The notes under the pieces were generated by a model. The model saw only the letters and a program-made list of their open reading frames with translations. It made no database searches and was not told the origin of the DNA. The translations under genes were made by a program, and so were the position numbers. Below are positions 39,148-52,700 of a DNA stretch of 64,000 nucleotides, in pieces. How positions within the stretch are numbered: position 1 is the first letter of the stretch; each line of letters starts with the position of its first letter. The DNA comes from Felis catus (lineage: Eukaryota), in NCBI RefSeq assembly GCF_018350175.1, contig NC_058368.1, forward strand, positions 188,792,001-188,856,000, written 5' to 3'.

Positions 39148-39614
39148 CAAGAGCCTGCAGCAGTGGATATTGGATGTTCTACCAGCTGACCCGCCCTGGG
39201 TTTGCTAATGCTAATCTGGGAGTGGGACAGCAACACCTGTGCCCCTGGCTCCCGGGAGGCTCAGTGGGCAAGTGGGGTGGCTGTGATGCAGCAAGCACAT
39301 TTGTATCATGTCTCTGGAATGTGTCCTCAGTTCCTTGGTGCCATGGGCTGTGCTCTTTGTGTTCACCTTAACTGTGTCCTCAGAGCATGGCCTCCTACCA
39401 GCTGCTGGCTTCAAGTTCCTTCTGGCAAACCCCTTCTCTCTTGGGCAGAGGAGTAGGATGAGGGTCAGGGAGCTGGATGAAGGGCATGTGCCTACCCAGG
39501 TGCATTTTTAGAGGCCAGGCAAAAACTGGGCCCATAATTTCTCAAGGTAAACACTAGTGTCAATTTTTCTTTTTAATAGAGTGGGAAGATTTTTAGTGTA
39601 ATAGATCACACAAT

Positions 39615-40010
39615 ATAGGGTAGTCGTTAACATCTCAGGCTGTGGAGCCAGCCTTCCTGGGTTTCATCCCAGCTCTACCCCTTTCTTATTGAGTCTTGGG
39701 CAAATTAGCCTCTATGAGTCTGTTTCCACTTCTATATAACGGGCATAATGATAAGGTCTACTTTGTAGACTTGTTAGGTGTGTGGTTATATACATATAAC
39801 ATTTAGCTCAGGGCCAGTGTAATTTTTGCTTTTGCCTCCTCTAGCAATGACATTTAATAGACACTATGTGTCAGGCACTGTGCTAAACACTCTTCATGCA
39901 TTATCTCATTTCATCTTGACAACAAGCACTAAGGACACTGGGGCTCTGAGAGATTAAGTAACTTGCAGAGATTTGAATTCAAGTACCATGCCAGAATGTG
40001 CACTCTGTCC
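39615..40010. mobile_element. Two adjacent MIR remnants (plus ~39615-39820, minus ~39845-40010)
   Basis: GGCTGTGGAGCCAG..CCTGGGTTT and TATGTGTCAGGCACTGTGCTAAAC..ATTATCTCATTT. Confidence 0.7.
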
Positions 40011-41426
40011 AGCTATTTAGAACTGCCCATTTCAGGGCTTGTCTGAGAGCTGGAATTTGAATGACTTATTTGAAGACCTTTGAACTTCAGAGTTGAGTAA
40101 AGAGGAAGGAAAAGGAGAATCCCAGGATCTTTTACTCTGGAAGCTACTAGTTCCCTCTGTCTTGTCATTGACCTCCCTTCATATCTCTACAAAATAAGGC
40201 GGTATCTCATCTTCCAGGTGAATTTAAGGAGCCAATATAGTCTGGCAATGGGAGGGCTATTCCTGTGTGTATGGCTGCCAATGGCATTGTGGAGATGGAA
40301 GGAAGGCACGTAAATGACACATGGTTCTCAAGTATGATTCAGCTTCCACAAGGAAGGTATGTGTCAGCCTCATCGCTTGGCAATCATACGATATACACAC
40401 TCAGTCTGTGCTAGACATGGTGAAATCTTCCTGTGGTCCCATATTATGGTTTGGATATCCTGTTTTCATCAGCATGATAGACACTGAAGAAGGGAAAATA
40501 TTTTTTTTTTCTTTTATGATTCAGTAAAAGAGCAAAACACAAAAAGAATTTAAAACTGTGACATTGCGACAGATTGCCCCTGTATGTAGGTAGAAAGCAA
40601 AGGAGGTACTGTGTTTCTTAAAAGATCTATGCTCCAAATGTATTCATTCAGGTTCTTTCCTTTTAGGGCATGTGCAAATCCAATATTTTTGTTTTTGTGT
40701 GTTTACCTTAAAGTTAAAAAAATAGTCCAAAGATAATCGAGCACTTACTATTTCTCCACCTATGTGTTAGGTTATTTAGCTTTTCCACACACTTTTGAGA
40801 AACACCATGCCCAGGTAAGGATCCACTGGTTCAGAGAGGTTTAAATCACATGCTTAAAGTGACAAATAAGCAACAGGACAAAGATGCAGACCTAGGTCTT
40901 TTTCTGTTCTCAGCTCTCTTTCTGTAGCTCATGCCTTTGAAAAGGTGAAGACAAACAAACAAACAATCCATGAATCCTCTGGTAAGTAGGGTCAATTTAT
41001 TTTATTTACTCTTCAGTAGAGAGAAATCTATATTATTTTTCTGAGTATCTCAAAAGCCCAAGTAAATCCAGTTGTATTAAGAATGTGACTGGGAAATGTT
41101 AGGCAAACAATTTATTGATTCCCTCATCTTGAGCTGACAAGGTAGCTTGTTGGGCATCTCTTTCCGTGTCTTCATTTCTGTTGTAATTATGTTATTCTTT
41201 AGAAGGATGATGACTGCCTATTGTTGTAAGTTTTCCACTTGGAGCTGGATTCACCCCACTTTCTTCCTGGTGAAAAACATTTCCAAACATTCCTTTAGAA
41301 AACCATCTTGGTGAAAAAGATTAATTAAATGCCAAATTAAATTTCTCTTCTGTACCTTGAATTTTTACTTTTCAAAATTTAAAGGATACCCAGTATGTAT
41401 ATATTGTTAGTTTCTCACTGATTCAG

Positions 41427-41458
41427 AAACAAACAAACAAACAAACAAACAAACAAAC
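41427..41458. repeat. (AAAC)8 microsatellite
   Basis: Direct observation. Confidence 0.95.
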
Positions 41459-42029
41459 CACAAACCAGCAGCAGAGCAACATCAGCAACAGAAGACCCCC
41501 AGAAATGAAGCCTTGGCTCTGTAAGTCCTAAGCCCGCTGCAAACTTGTTTTCCCTAACTGAAAACTGGCTTCAGAAGTTCCAAGGAACCTGAGACAAGAG
41601 TGTCCATAACTCTGTGAAATTAGTAATGAAATCTTTAAGGAAAATATCCATTGATGAAGATCCCAGATAGTGCTAAGAAACCATTTGAGACTTCATACAT
41701 TGCATTCTTGCCTCATATGAATCAGTAGGAAACTATATGAACTGAGATCACCACTATGATTTTGAAATGTGAGGGTGTCTTTTAAAGGCCTGTTCTGCGA
41801 GTGCTGTACTGAGAGCCCTGGAATAGTAATTGCCAGCATTTCAATATTCTCTGAGCTTCACAGAGCTGAAAACCATGAAGTTAATAGAGAAAAAATGTTT
41901 GGACTGCTTATGTTATAAATTATATAGAATTATAAATTATACCATGCAATAAATTCCTAATGCTAAAGGGATGCATTCTAAAGATGATGTATTATTGAAT
42001 GACTCTACAATTTGAATTAATGAATTAAT

Positions 42030-42204
42030 TAATCAATTTAGAGATAGAGAGCGAGCAGGGAAGGGGCAGAGAGGGAGAGAGACAGAGAATCCCAAGCAGG
42101 CTCTACACTGTCAGTGTAGAGCCTGAACTCATGAACTGTGAGATCATGACCTGAGCTGAGACCAAAAGTCAGTTGCTTAACCAACTGAGCCACCCAGGTG
42201 CTCC
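42030..42204 (-). mobile_element. Can-SINE with small internal deletion
   Basis: GAGAATCCCAAGCAGGCTCT...GAGATCATGACCTGAGCTGAG...CTTAACCAACTGAGCCACCCAGGTGCTCC. Confidence 0.9.
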
Positions 42205-42269
42205 AGATATTTTTAAATGAATAGTTTTTACATAGTATGAAGACAAACATTTAGATTACTTTCTATTCC

Positions 42270-42850
42270 ATCTTCCAAAGATAACCACTGTCTGCATTTG
42301 GTATTTCTTTTCTGCTCATTTTTAATGCTTCAATAGATGTATTGAAATATATAAATGTGGGGATATATATCTACTCCATATATTTATATGTATTTTATAT
42401 ATATATTTGTGGGGATATATATCTACTCCATATATTTACATATATTATATATAAAATGCCTAAGTTACATCTTTAGCCTTCTTTGTTGCTGTTATTTTTA
42501 TTAACATGTATTCCTTGAATGTTTTTTGATGACTGCATAATATTACATCAGTGGGATAGATCATCATTTATTTAACCAATCTACCAATGTTAGATATTTA
42601 AGTTTTAAATTTTTCATTATTATAAATAATGCCTTGGTGAGTATCTCTGATTTCCTTATGATAGATTCCTAGAGGTGCAATTATGGGATCAAAGGATATG
42701 AATGTTTTAAACTCATAACGCAATACCAAAGTGCTTTCCAGAGAGGCTGTGCCAGCATCTGCTGCCCCCACCCCTCCATGGGCAAGTGCACTCACCTCAC
42801 TGTACCCTCCCTGGCACTGAACGCTATCATTTATCTTTGCCATTTTATTA
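42270..42850 (-). mobile_element. Ancient L1 (L1ME-like) 3' fragment
   Basis: GACTGCATAATATT...TTTATTTAACCAATC...TAGATTCCTAGAGGTG..TGGGATCAAAGGATATG. Confidence 0.7.
42356..42459. repeat. 52-bp tandem duplication with TA-rich spacer
   Basis: TGTGGGGATATATATCTACTCCATATATTTA starts at 42356 and 42408. Confidence 0.9.
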
Positions 42851-44569
42851 AGGAGCATCTGGAGGATTGCTAAAGTTAAGGGGGGAAACCACAAAGAGAA
42901 GCAGAAGTTTAAATTCCAGAAAATAAATCAAAATTGGTAAAGCATTGTGGTTCTTCCAGAAACATCCTTTCCTTAATTCACAGATAAGGATCTCTTGATT
43001 CTATGAAAGACCCCAACACTTTGCACCCATTTAGATTATTAGCTGTCCCTAAGCCTGCTGATGTATGTTCTTGCATTTCATTAATTCACAGTAGATAGGG
43101 AATTAGAACTTTCTTTACCACCTTCTTGGTGGTGAAATGACTTCTGAGTCATTCTAATGTTTTTCCTGTGTTTAGTCCTTCAATAAAAAGCTGGTGACCT
43201 CTTGTACTTCTCTGTAATACCAGAGCATTCTGGGCTTCCTCTGCAGCTAACTGGTTGACAAATGACAAGTTAAGTCAAAGTCTGATTTGCTTCACAATAC
43301 TGAATATTTAATTTTCCTGAGATGTTTTAGGGAATTGGCTAATAGTTCAGTCTTTGAGAGTGCCCTGAAAAATTCCACAAGGTCGCCTACTTCATTCCCT
43401 TGCCCAAGGATCAAACCAGCCCTAACTGGGGATACAGTGAGGAGGCAAAACAACTTTCGTTTCTTAGTCATGATAGTTAAAAGTCCCTCAAACACCTGTT
43501 TGTCTTGATCTGTGGCTGGGCAGTCAGTAAAGAAGTGCAGAGTCTGTTCAGTTTGCTATAAATTAGCAGCACTGTTGTTGGAAGAATAGCTCCTGCTGTA
43601 AGTAATGAAAAATGGTGGGTCAGAATGGGTTTTTCCCTTGGCATTAAAAACAAATAAACTCTAGAAATGGTAAGCTTCGTGTTGGAGATAATCACTGTTG
43701 TCCAAATCCAGGTAAGATACAAGACCTGTTAGTTTGATGAAGACTTTGTCATTAGTGAGGGTCTCACTCCAAGAAAAACGGGTTGTTGTAGGAACATTTT
43801 AGAACTTATAAATTTGTCCAACATATGAAAATGGGCTATTGAGTAACCTAAGAAAATCAAGAGTGAATGTTTTGAATTGCAGAGGTGGTATGACTTGATG
43901 AGAAGCAGAGGAACAGGGATAATTCTGCCTGCTCTCCCTCTGACCTGGGATAAATTACCTTGCTCAGTTTGCCTTGTCTGTAAAATGGAGTACTTTTATT
44001 GCTCTCCTCCCTCCCCCAAATCTCTCAGAAATGTGAAAAATCATTTTCAGTTTCTTAGGAAGTGTGGAAATTCACAATGTGATAATTAATTTCCCAAAAT
44101 GGGTCATACAACCATAATTGTGTTTGGAAGGCTGGAACCATTTTAAAGGAAAAAGTATCCAAAATGTCCTCATTTCAAATCAAATGCTGAATCATAGAGC
44201 AGTGCCTTTGCTGCTGGCAGTGGGGCTACTTAGGCATGCAACCAGGAGGTGCACAGCTTTGGGCAGGCAGAACAGCAGGGCCCAGAGACACAATGGCCAG
44301 GCTCAGAGGAACATCCTTCTCTCCCTCATCACTCCCTTTGATTCCAGCATTCCTTGATTAGTCATTTGCATGCTCATTTTTGTTTCCTTTCTCACTGGCA
44401 AGGTCTGCTAATTACCAAACAGGGAAGACTTAAAATAAAGCAGAGTGAGCCTTGTTTGCTAAAGTTTTGTTTTAGGTCCAGTAATTTGAATTGGCAGAGA
44501 AAGAAAAGAAATGTAACAGATCCACCTGACTAACTTGCATTTCGGATTTCTAACACTCAGAAGTACAAT

Positions 44570-45130
44570 GCTTATGGTAATGAATTTTATCTATTACGAG
44601 GGAAAACAATCACCTTTGATGACATTATAGAATAAACACATTTAACAGCATGCTGAATTGCTGAAGTATCATTTTCAACGACCTCATTAGTGTCACTTAA
44701 TTAAAACTTCCTGCTCTTGACTTTGATGCTGGTACAGGCAAAAACACAGAGGGAATTGAACAAACAACAAAAAAAAGGGGGGGGGTGCATTTTCTAGTGA
44801 TAAATCGCAGAGGTTGCTAATGAAACCAAATTATGTACCTTTTTCCTGCAACTCCGATAAAATAATATGAAACACGCAGCAACTTTGCATCAAACAAATT
44901 AATCAGCTGTCAGCAGATTTGCCTTATAATAATCTCTTGCACTTATTGATCATTTAAAAAAGGGGGGGCTCTTTTTTTCTCTGTACACAAGCATTAGGTT
45001 TGGTGATAATTAAAGCCTCAGCTTCAGAAATGCCATAATAACCGTTAATTAGCAGGATGCTATTTTCAACATAATTTGCTAATTAGGCAGTGAGCTGGTA
45101 TAGTGTATATACCTAATTATGAAGGGTCTT
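44570..45130. promoter_or_regulatory. Putative conserved non-coding enhancer
   Basis: No recognisable repeat; AACAAT 44605-44610, CCTTTGATG 44613-44621, CTTTGATG 44721-44728, many TAATTA, CTGTCA. Confidence 0.45.
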
Positions 45131-46349
45131 GTGCTGTAGACACATGTGACTGGAGTGTAAATGACACCATTATAGGGGTCCTAGCGGATTTTTTAAAAAT
45201 ATAGTTTGTTCAGAAGTGCTTAGTACTTTAGGGACTTCTTAATACAGGGAATATTACTCTTGGCAGTTTGGCACGAGATTTGGGAGAGGAAACATATACC
45301 GTGTCTTTTATCAAGACAGTGGACAGAGAGGATTACTAATTCTAAAGGGGCTCTGTTGTCCAGTGGCTAATGTAAAGGCTGATAATTTAGGCACTGAAGT
45401 TGTGCTTCCTCCACTAGTAGAGAATTATTCTCTATTTGCCTGCCACATGCAATTCATCTGTGGACCAAGATGCTGTAAATCTTTTAATGCTATGTGCCTA
45501 CCATACCTTGATTTTTCTGCCACATGCTGATAACCTATAACATGTATCTCCCTGCTTTTCTCTTCTCCCCCAGTGTTTCCCTCCATGTCATAAAGAAGAT
45601 GTAGACTTTTCGAAAATGCATGTTTATTTCTGCCTGGGTTTTCTCTAGCCCATTCCCTAACTGCCTTGGATTAAAAAAAAAATTTTTTTTAAGAGAGGAA
45701 TGATGAAGTATGAAAAGTAAGGATGAGTTCTCATGCAAAAGTCTCAAATTATATGCATATTAGTAATATTTATGAGTTTAAATTTGGCTTTTCAGCAGAG
45801 CATAAGCAGAGTGAGATCATTTGCAGATATATAAACTGGCTTCCAAGATCATAATAGCCGATTTCTTTTAAATGTTTTACCTTGTTTCAAATAAAACTAT
45901 ATTTCTTTATTCCCTTTAAACGAAATGAAAACTTAATTCAATAATAAATGAGCTTCAGAGCAGCACAAGAGTCACTTAACTTAAATCTTTTTGTAGAGGT
46001 TCCCACTTAAGCAGCTTGAAAGACAGTAAATCATGCTGGAGAACGGACATCCCAATTTCATTGCCGCGCTGTAGAGAGCTGAATTAATGGCCTTCTCTTT
46101 AGAATGTATGGATGCGCTTTCCAGCTGCTGAGCCTGACAGTGTTATAGCTCAATTAATGTGATTTTGATGTAATTGCAGATAGGGAACATCGTGCTGAAA
46201 AATTATCTTTTTTCATAAGAATTACATTTTATCATCCAGATGTGAGGAGGAGGGTTTCAAGGCTGAATATGATAAGTTACAGGGCTCTATTTTTATTTTT
46301 AGTTCATGTATCTCTAACGGAGGGAGAGAATAATGAATCCACACAATTA

Positions 46350-46545
46350 TTATATACTGGGCACTTACTATGTGCCCTGCAGTGTGCTGAACACTTTATT
46401 CAAACATCTCATTTAATCCTCACAAGCCTGTGAAAGAAGCCCCTTGTTATCCCCATTTTACAGATGAGAAAAATGAGTCAGAGAGATCAAGCTGGTAAGG
46501 GTCAGACCTGGGATTTGAATCCCTGTGCGTCTGGCATTCTGAGAT
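46350..46545 (-). mobile_element. MIR SINE
   Basis: GCACTTACTATGTGCC...CTCATTTAATCCTCACAA...ATCCCCATTTTACAGATGAGAAAA. Confidence 0.85.
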
Positions 46546-46656
46546 CTTAATGAACCATTGTATGGGTTGCCTGTGCAAACTGCCATCAGAGGCCTCTGGC
46601 AGAAGATGGTAGGATGCATGCATGTTTAAATGCTTAGAACAACTTCCTAGAACATC

Positions 46657-46915
46657 ACAGTATAGTGTTCTGAGAAATAGGTTTTAGCCAGGTCGTCTGG
46701 GTATGAAGCCAAGGTCTGCAATTTTCTAGCATGCTTGACTTTAGGCAAGCTACTTAAATCCTGTGAGCCTGAATGTCCACAACTGTAAAGAGAGAATAAT
46801 AATGGTGACTCTCTGTATAATTTGTCACAAGAATTAGATGAGAGAATCTGTACAAAGTGCTCAGAACAGTGCCTGGAACATAGTAAGTGATCAGTAAGTG
46901 ATAGCCATGCTTACT
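46657..46915 (+). mobile_element. MIR SINE, near full length
   Basis: GACTTTAGGCAAGCTACTTAA...CTGTAAA...AAAGTGCTCAGAACAGTGCCTGGAACATAGTAAG. Confidence 0.8.
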
Positions 46916-47419
46916 GTTAGCTAAACGCAAGCCAGCAAGGTCATCTGTCTCGTCTGGTGCAATTTTCTTTGCCTCATCTTATCTATTGGGTGCAGACTGC
47001 CTCTGGGAACTTGGCTGCTGCCAGTGTTTTCTGGGAAGGACCCAGAGTGGCATTTAGCATAATATGGGCTGTGCCTACTGGTATTGAGGTAAGAGGCATT
47101 TCTTGTTTTTGAGCCATTTAAATTCCCATGTTACTAGAATGGGGATGGTGATACAGGCTCAGAAAACGGTAAGCTGTGTGTCCATCTGAGTATAGAGCCA
47201 TACCTTTCCACCCTCACTCAGTCCACATGCATGAGGACAGCACTGCATTCAATGTACCACTGGGGGCTCTGGGAGATAGAAAGGAGGACAGAATGGTGAC
47301 GCTGCCCTCATGGATTTATGAAGTAAAACAAGTTTCAAGAAATCTCTTGAGTTCATCATATCCGATTAAGAAAGGAGCACAGAGAAACATGGTGATGATG
47401 ACAATGAGGATGATGGTAA

Positions 47420-47575
47420 CTGACATTTAATGAGTGCTTACTATTTGGCAGGCACTGCAAAATTATCCCATTCAATGCTCACAGTATCACTACAGGTAGG
47501 GACTAGTATTATCCCTACTTATGGCTGAGGAGAAGGAAAGATCAAAGAAGTTAAGTCACTTGCCCAAGGTAATAT
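47420..47575 (-). mobile_element. MIR SINE
   Basis: TGAGTGCTTACTAT..CAGGCACTG...GTTAAGTCACTTGCCCAAGGT. Confidence 0.7.
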
Positions 47576-48534
47576 AACTGTGATTCTTTCTCCATACTCT
47601 CATCTCAGCCATGACCTATACTATGGAGATGGAGTGTAGCCTCCCGAAATTTACCCCAAGGTATGCGTGGAGGCAGGCAGAAAAGAGATTTGGATTGCTT
47701 TTACTTCTTATCATTCCTTACATCAACAAGGAGGTCTTGTTTTTCCATTGGCTCATTACTTTGTAAATAATAATAATGTCCTCTATTTGTGGTTGTATTG
47801 ATTGGGTTGCAATTAATAAATTACTAAAGTCTCTATGGACAAATTTATTAAACAATCTATCATACACAAATAATGCACAATAAATCCTGGACATTTGCAT
47901 TGTTGTGGGTCAATAATTTAATTTAACTATGATAGTTATTTCTAATAATACACAAGATTGGAACACTTTAATAATACTAATTTGTATGGTGATGTCATTA
48001 ATTCTTATTGTTACCTGCAGAATCAATATGTAAAAATATCATTTAAAATTTTGACACCATGTGGGTGTATTTACAGAGCAAAAAATATCATCATTTGTTT
48101 ATAAGTTGACCTGAATAAAAATGAGCTAGAATACACAGTATAATTGTTGAAATGCAGACAAATATGTGTAGGTAGGCTTCATTATTTTTGTAAAAAATAG
48201 TTGTAGAGAGGATTTTTTGTTGTGAGAAATGTACCTCATATGTTAGAGGTACATTTTAATGGTGGAAGTGTAAATAAAACGTATTAAAGAAGACTTATTT
48301 GCATTCATGATTTTGCCTTCTAGTAAGTCTAAAAGTTTGAGGCTTATTGGAAGAAATTCCTCTTGTACCATTTAGATCTATTTTCTAATTTCTTCCCACT
48401 TATAATTTACCAAATTTTGTTTCTGGACAGGTGAGTATTGGCAGTAGCACCTTGGACCATGTCTGCTTGTATTGTATCAACATACCGATTCCCCTCTGGG
48501 AGCATCTTCTCCTACTTTGCAGAGTGGGATAATT

Positions 48535-48980
48535 AATCAGGTAGAAAGTAATACCCTCTCATCTCTACCCACCACACCTCTGCCAAATAACAGTAGATTA
48601 AATAAGACAGAAATTTATTTTTTCCTTCTGTTTAGGAAGTCTGGAGATAGTCCAGGGCTAGGTGGTACTCCATAGTGTTAGTTCCCTGGCTTTTATTTTG
48701 TTGCTCTGCTGTGTATAGCTTCAATTCCCACGGTTGCCTCATGGTCAGAGATGGGTGCTGGAGCTCCAGCCTTTACCGCCACAGTACAGCCAGTGGAAGG
48801 AGGGAGGAAAGAAGAAGGGCATACCTCTTTCCTTTTAAGGCACTTGAGGCACTTACCACTTCTCTGCACATCTCCTTTGACAGAAGTAGTCACATTGGCC
48901 GGAAATGTAGGGCAGGAAATGTAGGGCAGCTCTGTGATCAACTAAAAATCAGGGGTCCTGTTACTAATAGGCTCTGCCAC
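48535..48980 (-). mobile_element. MaLR LTR (MLT1J-like)
   Basis: AATAACAGTAGATTAAATAAGACAGAAATTTATT...CTCATGGTCAGAGATGG.TGCTGGAGCTCCAGCC...CTCTGCCACA. Confidence 0.7.
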
Positions 48981-49140
48981 AGTCTGTCTAAACTTTTGGG
49001 AATCATTGACCCTTTGGGAATCTGATGAGCTGTAGAACCTCTTATCTGAAAAACACATGTAGGTAGAATTTTACATGTAATTTGAGAGAGTTCAAGGACT
49101 TCTTGAAGTCCAGGTGCCCATGAACCCCTTGTTTAAAAAA
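48981..49140. mobile_element. hAT-Charlie MITE fossil (MER117-like)
   Basis: GACCCTTTGGGAATCTGATGAGCTGTAGAACCTCT...CCCATGAACCCC. Confidence 0.65.
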
Positions 49141-49149
49141 TTCATTTTT

Positions 49150-49780
49150 TTCATTCACTTATCCAATTATTCATTGTTTATTCATTCAACAAATATTGTG
49201 CACTCACTCTATGTTTGCTTTATTCCTGGCAATAGAGATGTGAACAAGACAGACAGCGTTTCTGTTCTGATAGCTCTTGCATTCCAGCAGGGAACTAGAC
49301 AATGAACAAGACAAAAGTGATACATGCTTTGAGGAAAATAAAGCAGATTGATGTAATAGAGAGTTGATAGATGGCCAAGGGTGGGAATTACTTTGGATTG
49401 GGCAGCCAAGGGAATTCCTTTCTGGAAATCTGACTTAGTGAAGCAGAGCTGGTCATGTGGTGAGTGAGTGGATGGAAAGGAGTATTTCAGGTAGTGAGAA
49501 CAGCATTTGCAAGGCCCTGATATGGGAGTGACTATAGTCCCAAACAAAAAGAAAGTTGAGCAAAAATATCATGGATAGGCTTAAAGAAGTAGGCAGGAAC
49601 TAGGCCATTGTAGGGGGTCTGCATTTCATTCTAAAAGCAACGGAAACCATTTGGAGGGTGGGGGAGGAATGGTTTGTGATTCAGTTAATCATTTTAAAAA
49701 GATCATTCTGGATGCTCTAAGGAGAACGGCAAATGGAACAAACCAGTGACACTGGACCATTCTGCCACAGCCAGTATAAG
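49150..49780 (-). mobile_element. LINE-2 (L2a-like) 3' fragment
   Basis: ATTCATTCAACAAATATT...GTGAACAAGACAGAC...GCAAGGCCCTGA...TTTTAAAAAGATCATTCTGG. Confidence 0.8.
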
Positions 49781-52700
49781 GGAGAGGGATTTATCCTCTG
49801 CTTCTCGTGTCTTTGTTGAAGAGATGAAGGAGAGTTTTTGCCCAGTGGCATTCAGAGGTTTGTCTTCTGCCTGGGCCTTATGATGTGACTTTAGCAACAC
49901 ACTGAAAAGCTTGCATGTTTAGACACACAAGGCTCTATAAACCACATTTAAAACCACCTTTCTCTCTGCAGTGATCCTGCATAAGGAAGGTAGTGAGCAT
50001 TCCCAGTGAAAAGGCAGGAAAAGTACCAGTAAAACGAAGCTACCATTTACCAAAAAATCTGTCTTCTTGGCCCATTGTTTATTCACCCATCATGGGGCAC
50101 AGCACATGTTAATGGGCTCCCAGGGGCCCCAAGGGTGAACCCAGTAGCAGAAAGTTGGGGGATAAAAAGTTAGGTAACTAAGAACATATGATTTTCTCTT
50201 GTAATTCTCACAAGGGACAGTTTTGTGAATGATACATTTGGGTTATGGGGAAAGTCTCAAGAGCTTAAAACAACAAGTGATTAAAACCGCGCAAGGCTGT
50301 ATGAACTCAGTTTCTAGGATGGGTATTAAAATGATGTGGAAACCCAAAATGCTAAGAGAAAGAGGTGGTGCTGGTAAGCCACGCACGAGTTTCGCTTAGA
50401 GCAAAGAGGCAATTGCCTGTGAGTCTTCCTTAGCTTGCCAGGGGCCTTGGCTATGCCAGTAGTCTATCACTACTTCATAAACTGTGAGTGCTGTAGATTC
50501 AGCATCGTGGAGTTTTGGATCTGAAAGGGACCTCAGAATGAATCAGACCACTCTCTGGTTTTACACATTGGGGAAATCTGAGGTCCAGAAATGTTGTGAT
50601 TTTTGTCCGCTGTTTCTTGATTGAATGCTATTTCCTCTAGAGCTGATTTAAAGGAGCTAATAGTATATTCCTTTGGTATAATGTGGCTAATTTCAAATCC
50701 TGCCCCCCGCCCCCAACAAACTTTTCTTTCTTGCCCAGTATTGCAGAAGCCAGCAGAGCCACACAGCTTAATCAAAACAGAATTTCCTGTTTTGAAATCA
50801 AATTGGCTGTGTGATCTGAGATCCACCCTCCAAAGCAAGGGAAATCTCCTTAAAATGTTTTGAAAGCTGCAATATTTTCTCTCAGGAATCACTGAAAGAT
50901 GGATTAATTTTCAACAGTTAATATAGGCTGAAAATGTTAGAAACGTTGTAATCTGTAATTTTCTGAGAAAGGCAGAGAGAGGAAATTTTTATGGATATGC
51001 AGGATTGGACATTTACTTTGTTTAGAATGTGAGTGTTTACTGGCACCTGCTGAAATCATAAAAAAAAAAAAAAAGATTCTCTCATTGGAAGGGTGGTGTA
51101 GTATTTATTACCTGGAATGGAGACCTTTAGAGGTATAGGAAAAACTAATGAAAATGAATTTTCTGATTCTGAGCAGCCCAGCTCTGCTTTGATGGAGTCC
51201 CCTAACACTCTTTCTGGGGTTTCTGGGGTCTGTTGGAAAGGCCTCGGGGCTTTATGGAGAGGCTTTCTGCATTGCCATTGCCCCTCCCCCCAACAGGCAA
51301 CCTAATTGGCTAATGCAGGCTCAGCCATTCACTTGGGCTGCAATTAGCCACTTCTTACTTTGCAGATAGAAGTGGCCACTTGAATCCTCAAAAAAGTCCA
51401 TTGTGAATTCAGTTATTTGTGTGTCCAATTTCATCTGGATAGAGTAGTTCAAAAAAAGAAGTAAGATAAAATACATGATAGTCCTTGAAACAAATTCCCT
51501 CTGAAATCTGGCTCAGGTTTTCTCACATTGGAAGTGACCATCACAGGAATAGACAGTTCTCTTTTTCTAAAAAAATGTATATTAAACACAAATACAAATA
51601 TCCTACTAACTGGAGATTCTATTTCTCCTAGTGTCCTTCATGTAGAGCAAGATATACTGGCCTGCTGGTTTTCAGCTTCATAACTTTCTGTAAATCTACT
51701 TTTCCCCACCCATCGATCTGGTGTGTATAATTTCATTGTACCTTTCTGTACAAAATGAATGTGCTAATTTCCAGAGGGATGCCTTAATTCTTTTCTCCAC
51801 AAAATTCTGGAGAACTGGAAGATCTATTTTACGGCAAAGTGAAGGAGCTATTGTTTTCATACACCCCTTTTGATGTGGTTGGTTATTGTTATGTTGGGTC
51901 AAAGGGACCTAACTGGGAGATGACAGACGCAGGCACTCTGCCACTAGTTTTCCTTAGAGGCACACAATAGCAACCAAAGAAAATCATTGAGAGAATACTG
52001 GGCGGAAAGTTGCGTTTGGGGGAAATTCCGGGAAAGAGAAGATTGTGACCTCTGTTGCTGCACAGTGTCAAGGACAGATGGGAAGAAGGTATGAATCAAT
52101 ATATGTCAACTGCACAGATGGTATAGCCATACAGTGTCCACATCCTGATTTTCTATCCCCTGAAACTCAAATTAATAATGCCTTCATTATAGGCAGAAGG
52201 TGCCAAGCAGCTGAGAAACCCAGAGCAACTCAGGGCACTGCTCTGAACAAGAGGTTTGAACCCGGAGTCTCTCTCTTCTTTCCCTCCCTCTCAGGAGATT
52301 AGGAATGCCGTGGATTATAAAGGGGAAGAGGAACCATCTTTTGATGCTGAGTTTTACAGATGAGCCAAACCAAAGACAGAGAGACTCTGGTTGCTTCCTG
52401 CTTCACAATATTTCTATGTCAGGGTATCTTTTCCCAGGTCCCAGCCAGGCCATAGGGAGGGGGTTAACTCCAGTGTGCCAATTACTGAGTTTGGGGCGTG
52501 GAAGATCTCTGACTAGGATTGGAAGTGGAGTGTAAAATAAAAATAAGCAACCACAAACCGCCAAAACAAGTATTGGCACATCTCTACAAGCTCCGGCTAG
52601 TAATGATGAATTCAGTATTCATCACATGGACTAATTAATGCACGCTAACACATCCCAGTGCAATTTGCAAGTCACAGATTGCATTAGGTGATACAAATGA

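Noticed and set aside
48901..48929. 14-bp tandem duplication GGAAATGTAGGGCA
   Set aside because: Simple slippage inside an LTR remnant
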